Assembly: GCA_041666045.1 (NCBI GenBank)
Contig: JBAYHR010000001.1
Coordinates: 187,391 to 251,390, forward strand
Direction of reading: 5' to 3'
Source: Minisyncoccota bacterium
Lineage (GTDB): Bacteria; Patescibacteriota; Minisyncoccia; Phycocordibacterales; UBA9973
DNA length: 64,000 nt
This document shows, piece after piece, positions 1 through 8,938 of the stretch. Every line of letters starts with the position of its first letter. Position 1 is the stretch's first letter. Made by a program: the position numbers and the translations under genes. The notes beneath the pieces were generated by a model. That model made no database searches and had not been told where the DNA came from. It saw nothing but the letters and a program-made list of their open reading frames with translations.

Positions 1-189
1 ACGAATAGACATTATTCGTCCTCCGATCCATTTTAATTCTTTTTTGTTTGTTAAATCATTAAAATTCTCTATAATTTTATTTATAGAAATTTCTCTTTTT
101 GATTCTGCTGGATACGGATTAATACCTCTTTGTTTTAAGAGTTCGAGCTTTTTTATTCTAGTATCCCTAATTTCATCAATTGAAGACAT
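1..189 (-). CDS. lysS: Lysine--tRNA ligase, N-terminal part (runs off window start)
   Basis: Manual translation from ATG at 189: MSSIDEIRDTRIKKLELLKQRGINPYP...GGRIMSIR, typical class II LysRS N-terminus; downstream of greA. Confidence 0.9.
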   Translation of the reverse strand, partial: MSSIDEIRDTRIKKLELLKQRGINPYPAESKREISINKIIENFNDLTNKKELKWIGGRIMSIR

Positions 190-243
190 AATTTAGTTAA
201 ACATTGAAAATTATAAAGTTTTTAAAGTTAATCATCTTAAATT

Positions 244-711
244 TTAAGCAACACTTATGATTTTATAATTAACAACACCGTTTGGTGCATTAAAAGAAAT
301 ACTTTCACCTTTTGTTTTTCCAAAAAGCGCTTCACCAAATGGAGATCTGTTAGAAATTTTACCTTGTGCCATATCTGCTTCTTCTGAACCAACAATCTGA
401 TAAGTCTTTTCTTCTTTTGTTCCTTCTTTTTGAACAATTACCTTAGAACCAATACCAATAATATCTCCACTGTTTATGGATGCAACTTGTGAAGACTGAA
501 GTATTTGTTCTATTTTTTGAATACGCGCTTCAAGTTTGCCTTGATCTTCACGAGTTTGATGATATTCTGCATTCTCTGAAAGATCACCAAGTGATTTGGC
601 ATATTCCAAAGCTTCCAAAATTTCTTTACGTTTTGGACCTTTTAAATCTTTAAGTTCTTCCTCAAGCGCTTTCTTCTTTTCTTTTGTTATATAATCAATT
701 ACCTGTGTCAT
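244..711 (-). CDS. greA: Transcription elongation factor GreA
   Basis: GDLSENAEY motif; C-terminal IVGSEEAD...ISNRSPFGEALFG. Confidence 0.97.
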   Translation of the reverse strand: MTQVIDYITKEKKKALEEELKDLKGPKRKEILEALEYAKSLGDLSENAEYHQTREDQGKLEARIQKIEQILQSSQVASINSGDIIGIGSKVIVQKEGTKEEKTYQIVGSEEADMAQGKISNRSPFGEALFGKTKGESISFNAPNGVVNYKIISVA

Positions 712-787
712 AATACAGTAAATTCTATCTTTTTTTTATAAAAAAAACAACCCCCATGCATAAGCATAGAGGTTATAATTTATGTTT

Positions 788-1180
788 TTAATTCAACTCA
801 AACTCAATCCATTCAAATTCGAGTGAATATAAACCTTTTTCTTTTTTAAAAGAAATTTCTAAGTTAAAATCCAAATCTTTAGAAATTATTTTATGAATTT
901 TTTTTATTGATAAATCACAATAATCAAAACCCAATATATCCATAATAGAGCTGTAAAAGCTAAAGAAACTTTTTTTAGTTTTTCTAAAATGATAATCATT
1001 TACTATCATAAAAATAGTAAAAATAATTTGTTCCCCTATTTTGGAAAAAACACTATCTGAGCAACTAGAATTAAGAAAATCTTTTATTTCAGGATTTTTT
1101 GAAATTAATAAATTTTCCATTTTTTCCCTGAATTCTTTGAACTCAAGAGAAATACTCTTAGCATCACTAGTTTTTGTCAT
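788..1180 (-). CDS. Hypothetical protein
   Basis: 130-aa ORF with upstream promoter-like motif and downstream hairpin; no motif recognised. Confidence 0.6.
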   Translation of the reverse strand: MTKTSDAKSISLEFKEFREKMENLLISKNPEIKDFLNSSCSDSVFSKIGEQIIFTIFMIVNDYHFRKTKKSFFSFYSSIMDILGFDYCDLSIKKIHKIISKDLDFNLEISFKKEKGLYSLEFEWIEFELN

Positions 1181-1230
1181 AATTTTATTTTTTTATTGGT
1201 TTATCAAAATACTATCTTTTTTCTTCGCTT

Positions 1231-1258
1231 ATGATAGCATATTTAAAATATATGTCAA
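1231..1258 (-). promoter_or_regulatory. sigma70-like promoter for ORF 788-1180
   Basis: Minus strand TTGACA-16nt-TATCAT with TG extended -10. Confidence 0.5.
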
Positions 1259-1366
1259 GACATATTAACATATTAAGCATTGAAAAACTTGCCTGCATAC
1301 TCACTAAAACTAAAAAAATAAATACGTGTGCTTGCTATAAATTTTAATTATGATAATCTGTATTGT

Positions 1367-1594
1367 ATGGCAAAAACAGTTATAGAAATAAAAAAGAATC
1401 CAAATGAAAACAATACAAGTGTATTGCGTCGTTTTTCTCGCAAAATTCAAGAATCTAATATAATACAAAAAGTTAAAGGTTCTAGATATAATGAAAGAAA
1501 GGAGTCTAAACTAAAAGTTAAAAAAAGCGCAATAAGAAGAATAACTAGAAGAAAGGAAATAGAAAAACTACGCAAACTTGGAAAGATAAAATAA
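1367..1594 (+). CDS. rpsU: 30S ribosomal protein bS21-like
   Basis: Small basic protein EIKKNPNENNTSVLRRFSRKIQES...RY; likely start MAKTV at 1367. Confidence 0.8.
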   Translation: MAKTVIEIKKNPNENNTSVLRRFSRKIQESNIIQKVKGSRYNERKESKLKVKKSAIRRITRRKEIEKLRKLGKIK

Positions 1595-1596
1595 TA

Positions 1597-1668
1597 CTTG
1601 TCCCGTTAGAAATTCAACTTATTGAAAATGAAGATAAAAATTATTAATTTAAAATTTCTAATGGGATG
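1597..1668 (+). repeat. Palindromic element family A, copy 1 (ends in ybeY ATG)
   Basis: CTTG-TCCCGTTAGAAATT (1601-1614) ... AATTTCTAATGGGA (1653-1666)-TG. Confidence 0.85.
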
Positions 1669-2058
1669 TTAGATAATTTCTCTAAAATAAACAAAACAAA
1701 AGGCAAGCTCCCTAGCTTGCCTTTTGCTATCATAAAAAATGATATTTTAGGAAAAGACTATTCCCTATCATTAGCATTTGTTGAAGAAAAAAAGTCTTGT
1801 GAGTTAAATACTCTATATAGAAAAAAAAATAAATCAACAAATATTTTATCTTTTCCTTTAGATAAAAATTTTGGTGAAATAATAATATGTCCATCGGTGG
1901 TAAAACGTGAATTGAAAAAATTTGATAAAACTTTTCCTGAATTATTGGGATTTTTAGTTATCCACGGAATGCTTCATTTGAAAGGTCTAAAGCATGGTAA
2001 AAAAATGGAAAAACTTGAAAAAAAATACTTGTCCCGTACTAAATTTTTGATTAAGTGA
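1666..2058 (+). CDS. ybeY: rRNA maturation endoribonuclease YbeY
   Basis: ELNTLYRKKNKSTNILSF, GEIIIC and HGMLHLKGLKH metal-binding motif. Confidence 0.93.
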   Translation: MLDNFSKINKTKGKLPSLPFAIIKNDILGKDYSLSLAFVEEKKSCELNTLYRKKNKSTNILSFPLDKNFGEIIICPSVVKRELKKFDKTFPELLGFLVIHGMLHLKGLKHGKKMEKLEKKYLSRTKFLIK

Positions 2059-2101
2059 TATAATAATAAGTATTAATAAATAAAATTTTAGTATCGGGAT
2101 G
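2028..2101 (+). repeat. Palindromic element family A, copy 2 (spans ybeY stop, ends in ftsA ATG)
   Basis: CTTG-TCCCGTACTAAA ... TTTAGTATCGGGA-TG; shares ATACTTGTCCCGT with copy 1. Confidence 0.8.
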
Positions 2102-3262
2102 ATCAAAAATATTTCTGTAGGAATAGATATAGGATCCACAACCACTAGAGTTGTTGTGGGAGAATTTTTTAAGGGAGAGAAAAATCCTAAGGTTATTGGT
2201 GTGGGCGAATATGAAACAAAAGGTATACGACATGGATATGTTGTTAATCTAATTGATGCAGTAAATTCAGTAAAAAATGCCGTAAGTATTGCAGAAAAAA
2301 GTTCTGGAATAAAAATTAGACGAGCGTTTATTTCAATAAATAGCATAACTTTACGAGGAGATATGAGTTCTGGTTTGGCTATAATTTCCAAAGCTAATGG
2401 TGAAGTAACTAACTTAGATATTAATAAAGCAATTGAAGACAGTGAAGCTAATTTAAGTTTAAATAATAAAAAAATTATCCACACATTCCCCGTCTCTTTT
2501 AAACTTGATGGTAAAGAAGTATTGGGTCAACCAGAAGGAATGTCTGGCACAAAACTTGAAGTTAAAACTCTTTTTGTTACATGCTTAAGCCAACATCTAG
2601 ACGATTTATTGGCTGTAATATCAGAAGCTGGAATAGAAACAATAGATGTAATTGCTTCTCCTATATCAGGAAGTCAGATTGCATTATCAAAAAGACAAAA
2701 AATTGTAGGATCAGCTTTAGTAAATATTGGATCTGAGACAGTATCTGTATCCGTTTTTGAAAATGGATCACTTATATCACTTCACGCATTCTCAATAGGT
2801 TCATCAGATATAACAAATGATCTTGCGTTGGGTTTCAAAATTCCTCTTGAAAAAGCAGAGAACTTTAAGCATGGAAATATAACACTTGATTACCCAAAGA
2901 AAAAATTAGATGAAATCATTGGTGCACGTCTTACAGACATATTTGAATTAATCGAAAATCATTTGAAAAAAATAAAAAGAAATGAACTTCTTCCTGCTGG
3001 CATTGTATTTATAGGCGGAGGTGCAAATACTCCTAGACTTGAAGAATTATCAAAAACGATACTAAAACTTCCATCAAAAATAGGAACAACTGAAATGTTT
3101 GGCAATATAAAAACAAAACTTCGCGATTCATCTTGGTTTACTGCTTTAGGTCTTATAACATCAGATAAAGACAACGATAATTATTCAAAAGGAGGTTTAT
3201 CAAATTTTTTTAGAGATTTAAAAAACACAATAAAATCAATAACTAAACAGCTTTTACCGTAA
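2099..3262 (+). CDS. ftsA: Cell division protein FtsA
   Basis: VGIDIGSTT actin-fold motif, VFIGGGA, C-terminal amphipathic helix; upstream of ftsZ. Confidence 0.96.
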   Translation: MIKNISVGIDIGSTTTRVVVGEFFKGEKNPKVIGVGEYETKGIRHGYVVNLIDAVNSVKNAVSIAEKSSGIKIRRAFISINSITLRGDMSSGLAIISKANGEVTNLDINKAIEDSEANLSLNNKKIIHTFPVSFKLDGKEVLGQPEGMSGTKLEVKTLFVTCLSQHLDDLLAVISEAGIETIDVIASPISGSQIALSKRQKIVGSALVNIGSETVSVSVFENGSLISLHAFSIGSSDITNDLALGFKIPLEKAENFKHGNITLDYPKKKLDEIIGARLTDIFELIENHLKKIKRNELLPAGIVFIGGGANTPRLEELSKTILKLPSKIGTTEMFGNIKTKLRDSSWFTALGLITSDKDNDNYSKGGLSNFFRDLKNTIKSITKQLLP

Positions 3263-3391
3263 TTTTGATAAAATATTTTATTTAATATTTTTAATGAAAA
3301 AAGCAAAAGTTTTGCTTTTTTTAATTTTCTGCTATTATAGAATCTATACAAGCTAAGTAAATTTTTATTATAAAATAAATTAAAAAAATAT

Positions 3392-4672
3392 ATGCCAAAA
3401 GTAAACCCAGCAATAGAGAGTTTCGCTAGAATAAAAGTCATCGGAGTAGGAGGATCTGGAAAGAATGCTCTTAACCATATGATAAATTCAAAAGTTAAGA
3501 GTGTAGAATTTATTTGTATGAATACAGACACACAAGATTTGCACAATTCTCTTGCTGAGAAAAAAATTCATATTGGAAAAAATCTTACAAAAGGACTTGG
3601 AGCTGGGATGGATCCAGAAATTGGAAGAAAAGCAGCTGAAGAAACTAAATCTGAAATTCAAGATGTTATAAAAGGAGCTGACATGGTTTTTATTGCATGT
3701 GGAATGGGAGGAGGCACAGGCACAGGCGCAGCACCTATAGTTGCTCGTGCCGCCAAAGAACAAGGAATACTTACAGTGGCAGTTGTCACAAAACCATTTT
3801 TCTTTGAAGGTAATTTTAGATCAAAGATAGCTGATAAGGGAATCGAAGATTTAGCCAAAGAAGTTGATGCTATAATCATTATTCCAAATGATAAATTACT
3901 GCAAATTTCTGATAAAAATACAAACTTTAGAAATGCTTTTGCAACTTGTGATGACGTCCTACGCCAAGCAGTAGAAGGTATTTCAGATCTTATTACAACC
4001 CCAGGAATAATCAACGTAGACTTTGCAGATATCAGGGCAATCATGTCTGATGCAGGATCTGCTCTTATGGGTATAGGTTCAGCTTCAGGAGAAAAAAGAG
4101 CAGAAAAAGCAGCTCTTATGGCAATCAATTCCCCTCTTCTTGAAGTTTCAATCAATGGAGCAAAAGGGGTATTGTTCGCAATTTCTGGTGGTGATGACAT
4201 CACAATTCATGAAATTCAAGAAGCAGCTAAAATAATTACAGAATCAATTGATAAAGATGCCAAAGTTATTTTTGGTACTATCCATGATGATAAATTAAAG
4301 AAAGGAGAATTAAAAGTTACTGTTATTGCTACAAACTTCCCTACTGACATGCCAAGAAAAACTTTATTTACAAATACATCATACGGAGTAAATAGTGCAA
4401 GCCAAAGTACATTAAAAGAAGAAAATTCTCAAAATAATAAAAAAGAAATACATAATAACTTACAAGGTTTAAATATAAATAATACTGATTATAATAAAAA
4501 AATACCTGCCCGCAATGCTTTCAACACACCTGCCAACAACGCTTCGCGTAGCGATACAGGCTGGACTGATGCAGGCGGGGAAAAGAAACCAGAAGTTATA
4601 GAAGAAATAATTATAGACGACGCTGATGACTGGAGCGCTGTTCCAGCATTCTTAAGACGCAACAAAAAATAA
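3392..4672 (+). CDS. ftsZ: Cell division protein FtsZ
   Basis: GMGGGTGTG tubulin signature, NVDFAD, C-terminal VPAFLRR. Confidence 0.99.
   Translation: MPKVNPAIESFARIKVIGVGGSGKNALNHMINSKVKSVEFICMNTDTQDLHNSLAEKKIHIGKNLTKGLGAGMDPEIGRKAAEETKSEIQDVIKGADMVFIACGMGGGTGTGAAPIVARAAKEQGILTVAVVTKPFFFEGNFRSKIADKGIEDLAKEVDAIIIIPNDKLLQISDKNTNFRNAFATCDDVLRQAVEGISDLITTPGIINVDFADIRAIMSDAGSALMGIGSASGEKRAEKAALMAINSPLLEVSINGAKGVLFAISGGDDITIHEIQEAAKIITESIDKDAKVIFGTIHDDKLKKGELKVTVIATNFPTDMPRKTLFTNTSYGVNSASQSTLKEENSQNNKKEIHNNLQGLNINNTDYNKKIPARNAFNTPANNASRSDTGWTDAGGEKKPEVIEEIIIDDADDWSAVPAFLRRNKK
4505..4580 (+). repeat. Nested palindromic elements (family C) in ftsZ linker
   Basis: Outer CCTGCCCGCAATGC...GATGCAGGCGGG enclosing inner CCTGCCAACAACGC...GATACAGGCTGG (4529-4564). 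Confidence 0.75.
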
Positions 4673-4688
4673 TTAACAACTAGAACAT

Positions 4689-5624
4689 ATGAACCTAATT
4701 CCTTATGATTTAACAATTATTGGTGGAGGACCTGCAGGCGCAGCTGCGGCTATTTACGCTTCTCGCAAACGACTAAATACACTATTTATAACTTTTGAAT
4801 TTGGCGGGCAATCTATCGTTTCAGAAAAAATTTATAATTGGATTGGAACAACTGAAATAGCTGGATCTAAATTAGCAGAAGATTTAAAAAATCACGTGAA
4901 AGCAAATGCTGGTGACTTTTTAGAAATTAAAGAAGGTTTGCAAGTAAGCTCTATTATAAAATCTAAAGAAAATTTTTCTGTAAAAACAGAATCAGGAGAA
5001 AATTTTGAAACAAAAACAATTTTGATTGCAACAGGAAGCAAACGAAGAAAATTGGATGTAAAAAATGCAGACAAACTTGAACACAAAGGTCTAACTTATT
5101 GTGCTACTTGTGATGGACCAATGTTCTCTGGAGCAGATGTTGCTGTTATTGGTGGAGGCAATGCTGCATTTGAATCTGCTGCACAATTGCTCGCCTACTG
5201 CAATTCTGTAACACTTTTAAACAGAAGCGATTCATTTAAAGCTGATCAAATAACAATAGATAAACTTTCTAAAAATCCAAAACTAAAAATTATTAAGAAT
5301 ATAGAATTTGTGGAAATATTGGGTGAAAAATTCGTAGAAGGAATAACTTACAAGGATTTAAAAACTGAAGAATTAAAGGAATTAAAAGTTACTGGAATTT
5401 TTGTTGAAATAGGACAAATTCCAAATACTAATTTTGTGAAAGATATTGTTCCACTTGATAAAATAGGTAAAATAAAAATTGATCCATGGACAGGAAAAAC
5501 TGAAACTCCTAGTATCTGGGCTGCTGGAGATTGCACTAATATTTTATATCATCAAAACAACATCGCCACTGGCGATGCTGTTAAAGCTCTAGAAGATATT
5601 TATGTAACTTTGCATACTAAGTAA
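4689..5624 (+). CDS. trxB: Thioredoxin-disulfide reductase family (TrxB/AhpF-like)
   Basis: IIGGGPAG FAD motif, CATCDG redox centre, VIGGGNAA, AAGD. Confidence 0.9.
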   Translation: MNLIPYDLTIIGGGPAGAAAAIYASRKRLNTLFITFEFGGQSIVSEKIYNWIGTTEIAGSKLAEDLKNHVKANAGDFLEIKEGLQVSSIIKSKENFSVKTESGENFETKTILIATGSKRRKLDVKNADKLEHKGLTYCATCDGPMFSGADVAVIGGGNAAFESAAQLLAYCNSVTLLNRSDSFKADQITIDKLSKNPKLKIIKNIEFVEILGEKFVEGITYKDLKTEELKELKVTGIFVEIGQIPNTNFVKDIVPLDKIGKIKIDPWTGKTETPSIWAAGDCTNILYHQNNIATGDAVKALEDIYVTLHTK

Positions 5625-5625
5625 A

Positions 5626-5868
5626 TTAATTGTTATAAGGATTTTTCTCATCTTTTTCATGTGTTGATTTATATTGGTCTGGGGTAAGATTAAAATTACC
5701 AACTTCCCATTTGCCATTTACATTTTTCACTAAATTTACATCAACACCACATTCTAACGCAATCCTAGCACGCTCTTTTTCAAAAGTTGCATCATCTGCT
5801 CCTTTTAAATTATTCACATTAAATCGCTCACTTCCAGTACTATTATTTTTATTTAATTCTATATTCAT
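5626..5868 (-). CDS. Hypothetical protein
   Basis: 80-aa ORF filling gap between trxB and tRNA-Ser. Confidence 0.55.
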   Translation of the reverse strand: MNIELNKNNSTGSERFNVNNLKGADDATFEKERARIALECGVDVNLVKNVNGKWEVGNFNLTPDQYKSTHEKDEKNPYNN

Positions 5869-5907
5869 AATGTATATATTATAAACTAATTATTATTTTT
5901 GTAAATG

Positions 5908-5994
5908 CGGAGATGGGAGGATTTGAACCTCCGATTGAGTTTCCCCAATGCTGGTTTTCGAAACCAGTGCCTTCAACCACTCAGCCACATCTCC
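5908..5994 (-). tRNA. tRNA-Ser(CGA)
   Basis: GGAGATG...CATCTCCG acceptor, anticodon arm CTGGT-TTCGAAA-ACCAG, long variable arm, GTTCAAATC T-loop. Confidence 0.95.
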
Positions 5995-6080
5995 TTTTAT
6001 TAATTTAAATCTAACATTTTTTGCCATTTTTCCAAAAATAATATAGTATATTAATTGTTATCTTCATTTTTAATAAATAT

Positions 6081-6152
6081 GGCCCTATCGTCTAACGGTT
6101 AGGACATCGGCTTTTCAAGCCGGTAATCCGGGTTCGATTCCCGGTAGGGTCA
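6081..6152 (+). tRNA. tRNA-Glu(TTC), island integration site
   Basis: GGCCCTA/TAGGGTC acceptor, TCGGC-TTTTCAA-GCCGG anticodon arm, GGTTCGATTCC T-arm; followed by CCC rather than CCA. Confidence 0.95.
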
Positions 6153-7816
6153 CCCACAGGAACAAAACGGCTTTCTAAAGCCTGAAATCCGTTTTTACAC
6201 TTATATTGCAACGTTTTTTCAGAAAATAAAAGTTCCAGAAATATTTTTCTGACAATTTCTTCTTTTTCATACGAAAGAGCGTTTTCGTAGTATGGATAAA
6301 GGGTTTTTAAGAGTTCCGAAAGTTTTCTTACTTCTTTGATTACTGCTTCCATTGCAAGGTCTGATGTGTCTTCTTCTGTCTTGATTTCATTCAATTCATA
6401 TTTTAATCTTTCTTCTTCTTTTAAATATGTTTCGGGAGTATATACTCCTGTTTTAAGCAATGTCAGTTTGTTGTTTCCCAAGTATGAAAGATTTTCTCTG
6501 ATATTCTTTTTCTTTCGTTCACCGATTTCAATTTTATTGAAACGCTTTTCTTCAAGCAGGGCAATATCAGTGTGTGCACGAGCATCAATTTCAATTAACT
6601 CATCTTCGGTAAATGATAATGATTTAATTAAGAGACCTATCTTTTTTTCAAGGAATTTAATATTGAAATTTCTGAATGAATTAGAACAGTTTTCTTTGCA
6701 ACGCACTCCATAATATAGTATTCCTTTCCTTTTGGAAGGACTAAATCCCCGATGACATTGTGCGCAACAAATAAATCCTCGATAGGGATAGTTAATTTTT
6801 ACATCATAATGAATACTTACTTTCTTTTTGTTGAGCATTATTTGCACTTTGTTGAATAATTCATCTGAAACAAGAGCCTTATGACTTTTACTCTTTATAA
6901 TACACATACCGTCACAATCGAGTAATTTGCCCGTATAAAAGGGATTCGTCAGTATCTTGTGTATGTTGTTATATGTCGCCATTCTTGCCACTTTTTCAAT
7001 CTGCATTACTTCGTCTGTTTCTTCGGCTAACATTTCATCTTCTGTACGTCTTCTTCGCATTGGTGTCATTGTAAACCCATGATCATTGGCATAGCGGGCA
7101 AGACCAGCCAGTGTCCAATCGCCAGTCGCATAAAGTTCAAAAAAATGTTTAATGAGCGGAGCACGGTCAGGGTCAAATGGTTTGTGTTCCATTGTGCCTG
7201 GATTAAGATAACCGACAGGAGCACGGTAGGTGCAAATTCCTTTTTCTCTGTTGTTTTTAATATTAAGCGACACTTTCTCACTCGTTACTCTTGAATGATG
7301 TTCTGCAAACATTCCATCAATATCCATATGCAATGCTCCTGAACTTGTTTTGTCATATTTTGCCAAGACAAAACGTATATCTATTCCTTTACGCATTAAC
7401 TTGCGTACAATAGTGTCATCTCCTTTATTTCTACTCAAACGATCCCAACAAAGAACGATTACTCCTTTAAATAATCCTTTGTTTAATAAGCTAAGCAAGC
7501 GGTAAAATTTGGGTCTGTCTATATTGTATTTAACGGAACCATCTTCATTGAAATCAAGATTAAAATCCTCTTTGAATCCAGAATGTTTTTCAGAGATTAT
7601 TCCATCTGCGCAGAAACCCTTTAAGCAAATAGGAGCAATCGAAAGAAGCTCCCTATATGCAAAACGGGCATTTTCTGATTTTTGATATTTAATTGAGTTT
7701 TTTTGATTATCCGGCTCATCCGTACTTTTGCGATTGTAGATTAAATAATATTCACGGTATTTGCCTTTTTGAACTTCTTTGATAATTGTTATTTCATTTT
7801 TATCTAAATTATTCAT
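6092..7816 (-). CDS. Large serine recombinase (resolvase + recombinase + Zn-ribbon + coiled coil)
   Basis: YNRKST catalytic Ser motif, DRP, WDRLSR, APVGY, ILTNPFYTG, CAQC; last ~20 codons are antisense tRNA-Glu. Confidence 0.93.
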   Translation of the reverse strand: MNNLDKNEITIIKEVQKGKYREYYLIYNRKSTDEPDNQKNSIKYQKSENARFAYRELLSIAPICLKGFCADGIISEKHSGFKEDFNLDFNEDGSVKYNIDRPKFYRLLSLLNKGLFKGVIVLCWDRLSRNKGDDTIVRKLMRKGIDIRFVLAKYDKTSSGALHMDIDGMFAEHHSRVTSEKVSLNIKNNREKGICTYRAPVGYLNPGTMEHKPFDPDRAPLIKHFFELYATGDWTLAGLARYANDHGFTMTPMRRRRTEDEMLAEETDEVMQIEKVARMATYNNIHKILTNPFYTGKLLDCDGMCIIKSKSHKALVSDELFNKVQIMLNKKKVSIHYDVKINYPYRGFICCAQCHRGFSPSKRKGILYYGVRCKENCSNSFRNFNIKFLEKKIGLLIKSLSFTEDELIEIDARAHTDIALLEEKRFNKIEIGERKKKNIRENLSYLGNNKLTLLKTGVYTPETYLKEEERLKYELNEIKTEEDTSDLAMEAVIKEVRKLSELLKTLYPYYENALSYEKEEIVRKIFLELLFSEKTLQYKCKNGFQALESRFVPVGDPTGNRTRITGLKSRCPNR

Positions 7817-7976
7817 TGATTTTTTTCTCAGGCTTATATATCTGCCCGTCTTTAATCGTATAACCTTCTAAAATTAATCTTTGGTGAATGCGTTTTAGTG
7901 TATCTCCTAAATCTTTAAGCGAATCAATAGTTTCTTGGGTAAAGGCATATCGGTTGCCTTCTGACAGTTCATCCAT
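7809..7976 (-). CDS. Small 55-aa protein coupled to the recombinase (not in ORF track)
   Basis: Manual translation MDELSEGNRYAFTQETIDSLKDLGDTLKRIHQRLILEGYTIKDGQIYKPEKKINE*; stop overlaps recombinase start (ATGAATAA). Confidence 0.7.
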   Translation of the reverse strand: MDELSEGNRYAFTQETIDSLKDLGDTLKRIHQRLILEGYTIKDGQIYKPEKKINE

Positions 7977-8219
7977 TATGTATTAGGAAAATTAGGGTTG
8001 GTAATGTACAGAAGTTTCAATAACGTGCGGGTTCGACAATCTCAAAGTTCTCTTGAAAATATCTTAACTCCGGATAAAAAGGAATGCAAGTGCGAATTAC
8101 AATTATCGGTGTTAGTTGTAAAATTTATTTCCAACATCAAATTTTTAGGCCTGTTGAGGGGCCAAAATTTGAGTCAGAATAAATTTTACAGGACTGGTGT
8201 TACATGATATACTGTAAAA

Positions 8220-8918
8220 ATGAAAATATTTAATAAAAAAATAATTATTTTAAGTTTTATCGTTGTTGCATTCTCCTTGTTAGGGTATTTGACAGTTTAT
8301 AATAAATTTTCTTCACCAAAGGAAAAGTTTGATACAAAATCTATTAATCAAAATCTGATAACTAAAGTGCCATCAGAGAGAGGCAGTACGATTACAAACG
8401 ATCCTCTTGACCCAAATGTTCTTACTTACACTTCATACAAGCTCGGAATACAATTCAGTTATTTAAAGGATGGTGGATTTAATAGTTCTTTTTTATTAAA
8501 ACCAAATGAAACTAATGATAAAATCGTTCTCGGACATGATAGTGTAATGATATTTAAAAAACTTCCCAGAGAAACAATAGAACAAACATTAAGGAGACTT
8601 TTGCCGGAACAACTTAAAAATGAAAATTGCTCTGTAATTACTGTATCTTCTTACACATCAAAATATGATTCCTATGCTATTTGGGACAAACGAGCCCCAT
8701 TACATCAAAGAGGTATTGATTCAAGGGATTATGTAGATAGTGACGGGATTTACCTTTCTAACGTTTGTAATCCTGCTATGGAACTGGATTTTATGATAGA
8801 GCCAAATTTTCCTGATACGATTTATTACATAAACCGATCTTCTCAAGATATTTCATATTGGGCGGATTCTGCACATACAAATCAATGGTGGCAAACAATA
8901 CATTTAATTGCTGATTAG
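8220..8918 (+). CDS. Hypothetical membrane-anchored/secreted protein
   Basis: Basic N-terminus plus hydrophobic helix, then TYTSYKLGIQFSY; 232 aa. Confidence 0.7.
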   Translation: MKIFNKKIIILSFIVVAFSLLGYLTVYNKFSSPKEKFDTKSINQNLITKVPSERGSTITNDPLDPNVLTYTSYKLGIQFSYLKDGGFNSSFLLKPNETNDKIVLGHDSVMIFKKLPRETIEQTLRRLLPEQLKNENCSVITVSSYTSKYDSYAIWDKRAPLHQRGIDSRDYVDSDGIYLSNVCNPAMELDFMIEPNFPDTIYYINRSSQDISYWADSAHTNQWWQTIHLIAD

Positions 8919-8938
8919 AAATTGTTTAATGATTGTCA

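Noticed and set aside
7998-8207. 69-aa ORF between recombinase module and 8220 gene
   Set aside because: Non-ATG start, no motif, lies in a divergent promoter region.
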